From: Eledone cirrhosa
Taxonomy: Eukaryota
Reading direction: 5' to 3'
Assembly (NCBI GenBank): GCA_964016885.1
Contig: OZ024740.1
Location: 421,848,001-421,912,000, forward strand
DNA: 64,000 nt
Part shown: positions 61,701 to 64,000 of the stretch, in pieces
Numbering within the stretch: position 1 is the first letter of the stretch
Layout of the letters: each line of letters opens with the position of its first letter
The notes under the pieces: generated by a model
Told to the model about the DNA's origin: nothing
The model's database searches: none
Seen by the model: only the letters and a program-made list of their open reading frames with translations
Made by a program: the position numbers and the translations under genes

Positions 61701-64000
61701 TACTGGTTGAGGGGTTCTATTGCTGGAAATATGGTCAGGTACTGGTTGAGGGGTTCTATTGCTGGAGATATGATCAGGTACTGCTTGAGGGGTTCTATTG
61801 CTGGAGATATGACCTGGTACTGGTTGAGAGGTTCTATTGCTGGAGATATGATCAAGTACTGGTCTAGGGGTTCTATAGCTGGAGATATGGTCAGGTACTG
61901 GTTGAGGGGTTCTATAGCTAGAGATATGGTCAGGTACTGGTCTAGGAGTTCTATTGCTGGAAATATGATCAGGTACTGGTTGAGGGGTTCTATTGCTGGA
62001 GATATGGTCAGGTACTGGTCTAGGGGTTCTATAGCTGGAGATATGATCAGGTAGTGGTTGAGGGGTTCTATTGCTGGAGATATGATCAGGTACTGGTTGA
62101 GGGGTTCTATTACTGGAGATATGGTCAGGTACTGCTTGAGGGGTGCTATTCCTGGAAATATGGTCAGGTACTGGTTGAGGGGTTCTATTGCTGGAGATAT
62201 GGTCAGGTACTGGTCTAGTTCTATTGCTGGAGATATGATCAGGTACTGGTTGACGGGTTCTATTGCTGGAGATATTGTCAGGTAGTGGTCTAGGGGATTC
62301 TATTGCTGGAGATATGATCAGGTACTGGTCGAGGGGTTCTATTACTGGAGATATGGTCAGGTACTGGTTGAGAGGTTCTATTGCTGCAGATATGATCAGG
62401 TACTGGTTGAGGGGTTCTATTACTGGAGATATGGTCAGGTACTGCTTGAGGGGTGCTATTCCTGGAAATATGGTCAGGTACTGGTTGAGGGGTTCTATTG
62501 CTGGAGATATGGTCAGGTACTGGTCTAGGGGTTCTATTGCTGGAGATATGATCAGGTACTGGTTGAGGGGTTCTATTGCTGGAGATATGATCAGGTACTG
62601 GTCTAGGGGTTCTATTGCTGAAGATATGAACAGGTACTGGTCTAGGAGTTCTATTGCTGGAGATATGATCAGGTACTGTTGAGGGGTTCTATTGCTGGAG
62701 ATATGATCAGGTACTGGTCTAGGGGTTCTATTGCTGAAGATATGAACAGGTACTGGTCTAGGAGTTCTGTTGCTGGAGATATGACCAGGTACTGGTCTAG
62801 GGGTTATATTGCTGAAGATATGGTCAGGTACTGGTTGAGGGGTTCTATTGCTGGAGATATGATCAGGTACTGGTTGAGGGGTACTATTGCTGGAGATATG
62901 GTCAGGTACTGGTTTATGGGTTCTATAGCTGGAGATATGATCATGTACTGGTCTAGGGGTTCTATTGCTGGAGATATGACCAGATAATGGTTGAGAGGTT
63001 CTATTGCTGGAGATATGATGAAGCACTGGTCTAGAGGTTCTATTGCTGAAGATATGATCAGGTACTGGTTGAGGGGTTCTATTGCGGGAGATATGGTCAG
63101 GTACTGGTTGAGGGGTTCTATTGCTGGAGATATGGTGAGGTACTGACTGAGGGGTTCTATTGCTGGAGATATGGTCAGGTACTGGTCTAGGGGTTCTATT
63201 GCTGGAGATATGGTCAGGTACTGGTTGAGGGGTTCTATTGCTGGAGATATGATTAGGTACTGGTTGAGGGGTTCTATTGCTGGAGATATGATCAGGTACT
63301 GGTTGAGGGGTTCTATTGCTGGAGATATGATCAGGTACTGGTCTAGGAGTTCTATTGCTGGAGATATGGTCAGGTACTGGTTGAGGGGTTCTATTGCTGT
63401 AGATATGGTCAGATACTGGTCTAGGAGTTCTATTGCTGGAGATATCAGGTACTGGTCTAGGGGTTCTATTGCTGGAGATATGGTCAGCTACTGGTCTAGG
63501 GGTTCTATTGCTGGAGATATGACCAGGTACTGGTTGAGGGGGTTCTATTGCTGGAGATATCAGCTACTGGTTTAGGGGTTCTATTGCTGGAGATATGGTC
63601 AGCTACTGGTCTAGGTGTTCTATTGCTGGAGATATGACCAGGTACTGATTGAGGGGGTTCTATTGCTGGAGATATGGTCAGTTACTGGTTGAGGGGTTCT
63701 ATTGCTGGAAATATGGTCAGGTACTGGTTGAGGGGTTCTATTGCTGGAGATATGGTCAGGTACTGGTCTAGGGGTTCTATTGCTGGAGATATGATCAGGT
63801 ACTGCTTGAGGGGTTCTATTGCTGGAGATATGACCTGGTACTGGTTGAGAGGTTCTATTGCTGGAGATATGATCAAGTACTGGTCTAGGGGTTCTATAGC
63901 TGGAGATATGGTCAGGTACTGGTTGAGGGGTTCTATTACTGGAGATATGGTCAGGTACTGGTTGTGGGGTTCTATTGCTGGAGATATGGTCAGGTACTGG
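46758..64000. repeat. Large satellite, 39-bp unit CAGGTACTGGT(TG/CT)AGGGGTTCTATTGCTGGAGATATG(A/G)T, roughly 440 copies, runs off the window
   Basis: Direct reading; accounts for all the RYWLRGSIAGDMI, SPAIEPLNQYLII and RTPQPVPDHISSN ORFs. Confidence 0.98.

Noticed and set aside
46757-63876. Long mucin-like or repeat-protein ORFs (up to 1533 aa)
   Set aside because: The 39-bp unit is open in several frames on both strands, frequent 1-bp indels switch frames, and there is no unique N- or C-terminal domain.

Overview
AT-rich, repeat-dense eukaryotic DNA, most likely a coleoid cephalopod such as Octopus; this is inferred from the SINE/RTE repertoire and the (CAT)n, (TA)n and (TATG)n microsatellites. 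The only host gene recognised is the 5' two-thirds of an Enhancer-of-zeste (EZH1/2, PRC2) orthologue on the minus strand. It has nine GT-AG exons between 1323 and 19722 that splice in frame, plus a candidate first exon at 19912-20008; the CXC/SET part lies left of the window. Its introns hold an apparently intact, TTAA-flanked piggyBac transposon (10001-12567, 558-aa transposase), piggyBac MITEs, RTE-clade LINE pieces, tRNA/CORE SINEs and minisatellites. Upstream (20-45 kb) there is only TE debris: RTE, a CRE-like RLE fragment, SINEs, MITEs and hammerhead-like motifs. A 36-bp array and a >17-kb 39-bp satellite with higher-order structure follow and run off the window. Most long ORFs in the track are artefacts of stop-free tandem repeats. 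The most notable observations are: (i) a C4HC3 PHD finger embedded inside the RTE reverse transcriptase; (ii) three minisatellites each traceable to a different part of the RTE 3' end; (iii) an autonomous piggyBac with a matching MITE and an acidic FxGF motif at the transposase N-terminus; (iv) hammerhead-ribozyme-like cores, two of them arranged head-to-head; and (v) SINE tail swapping.
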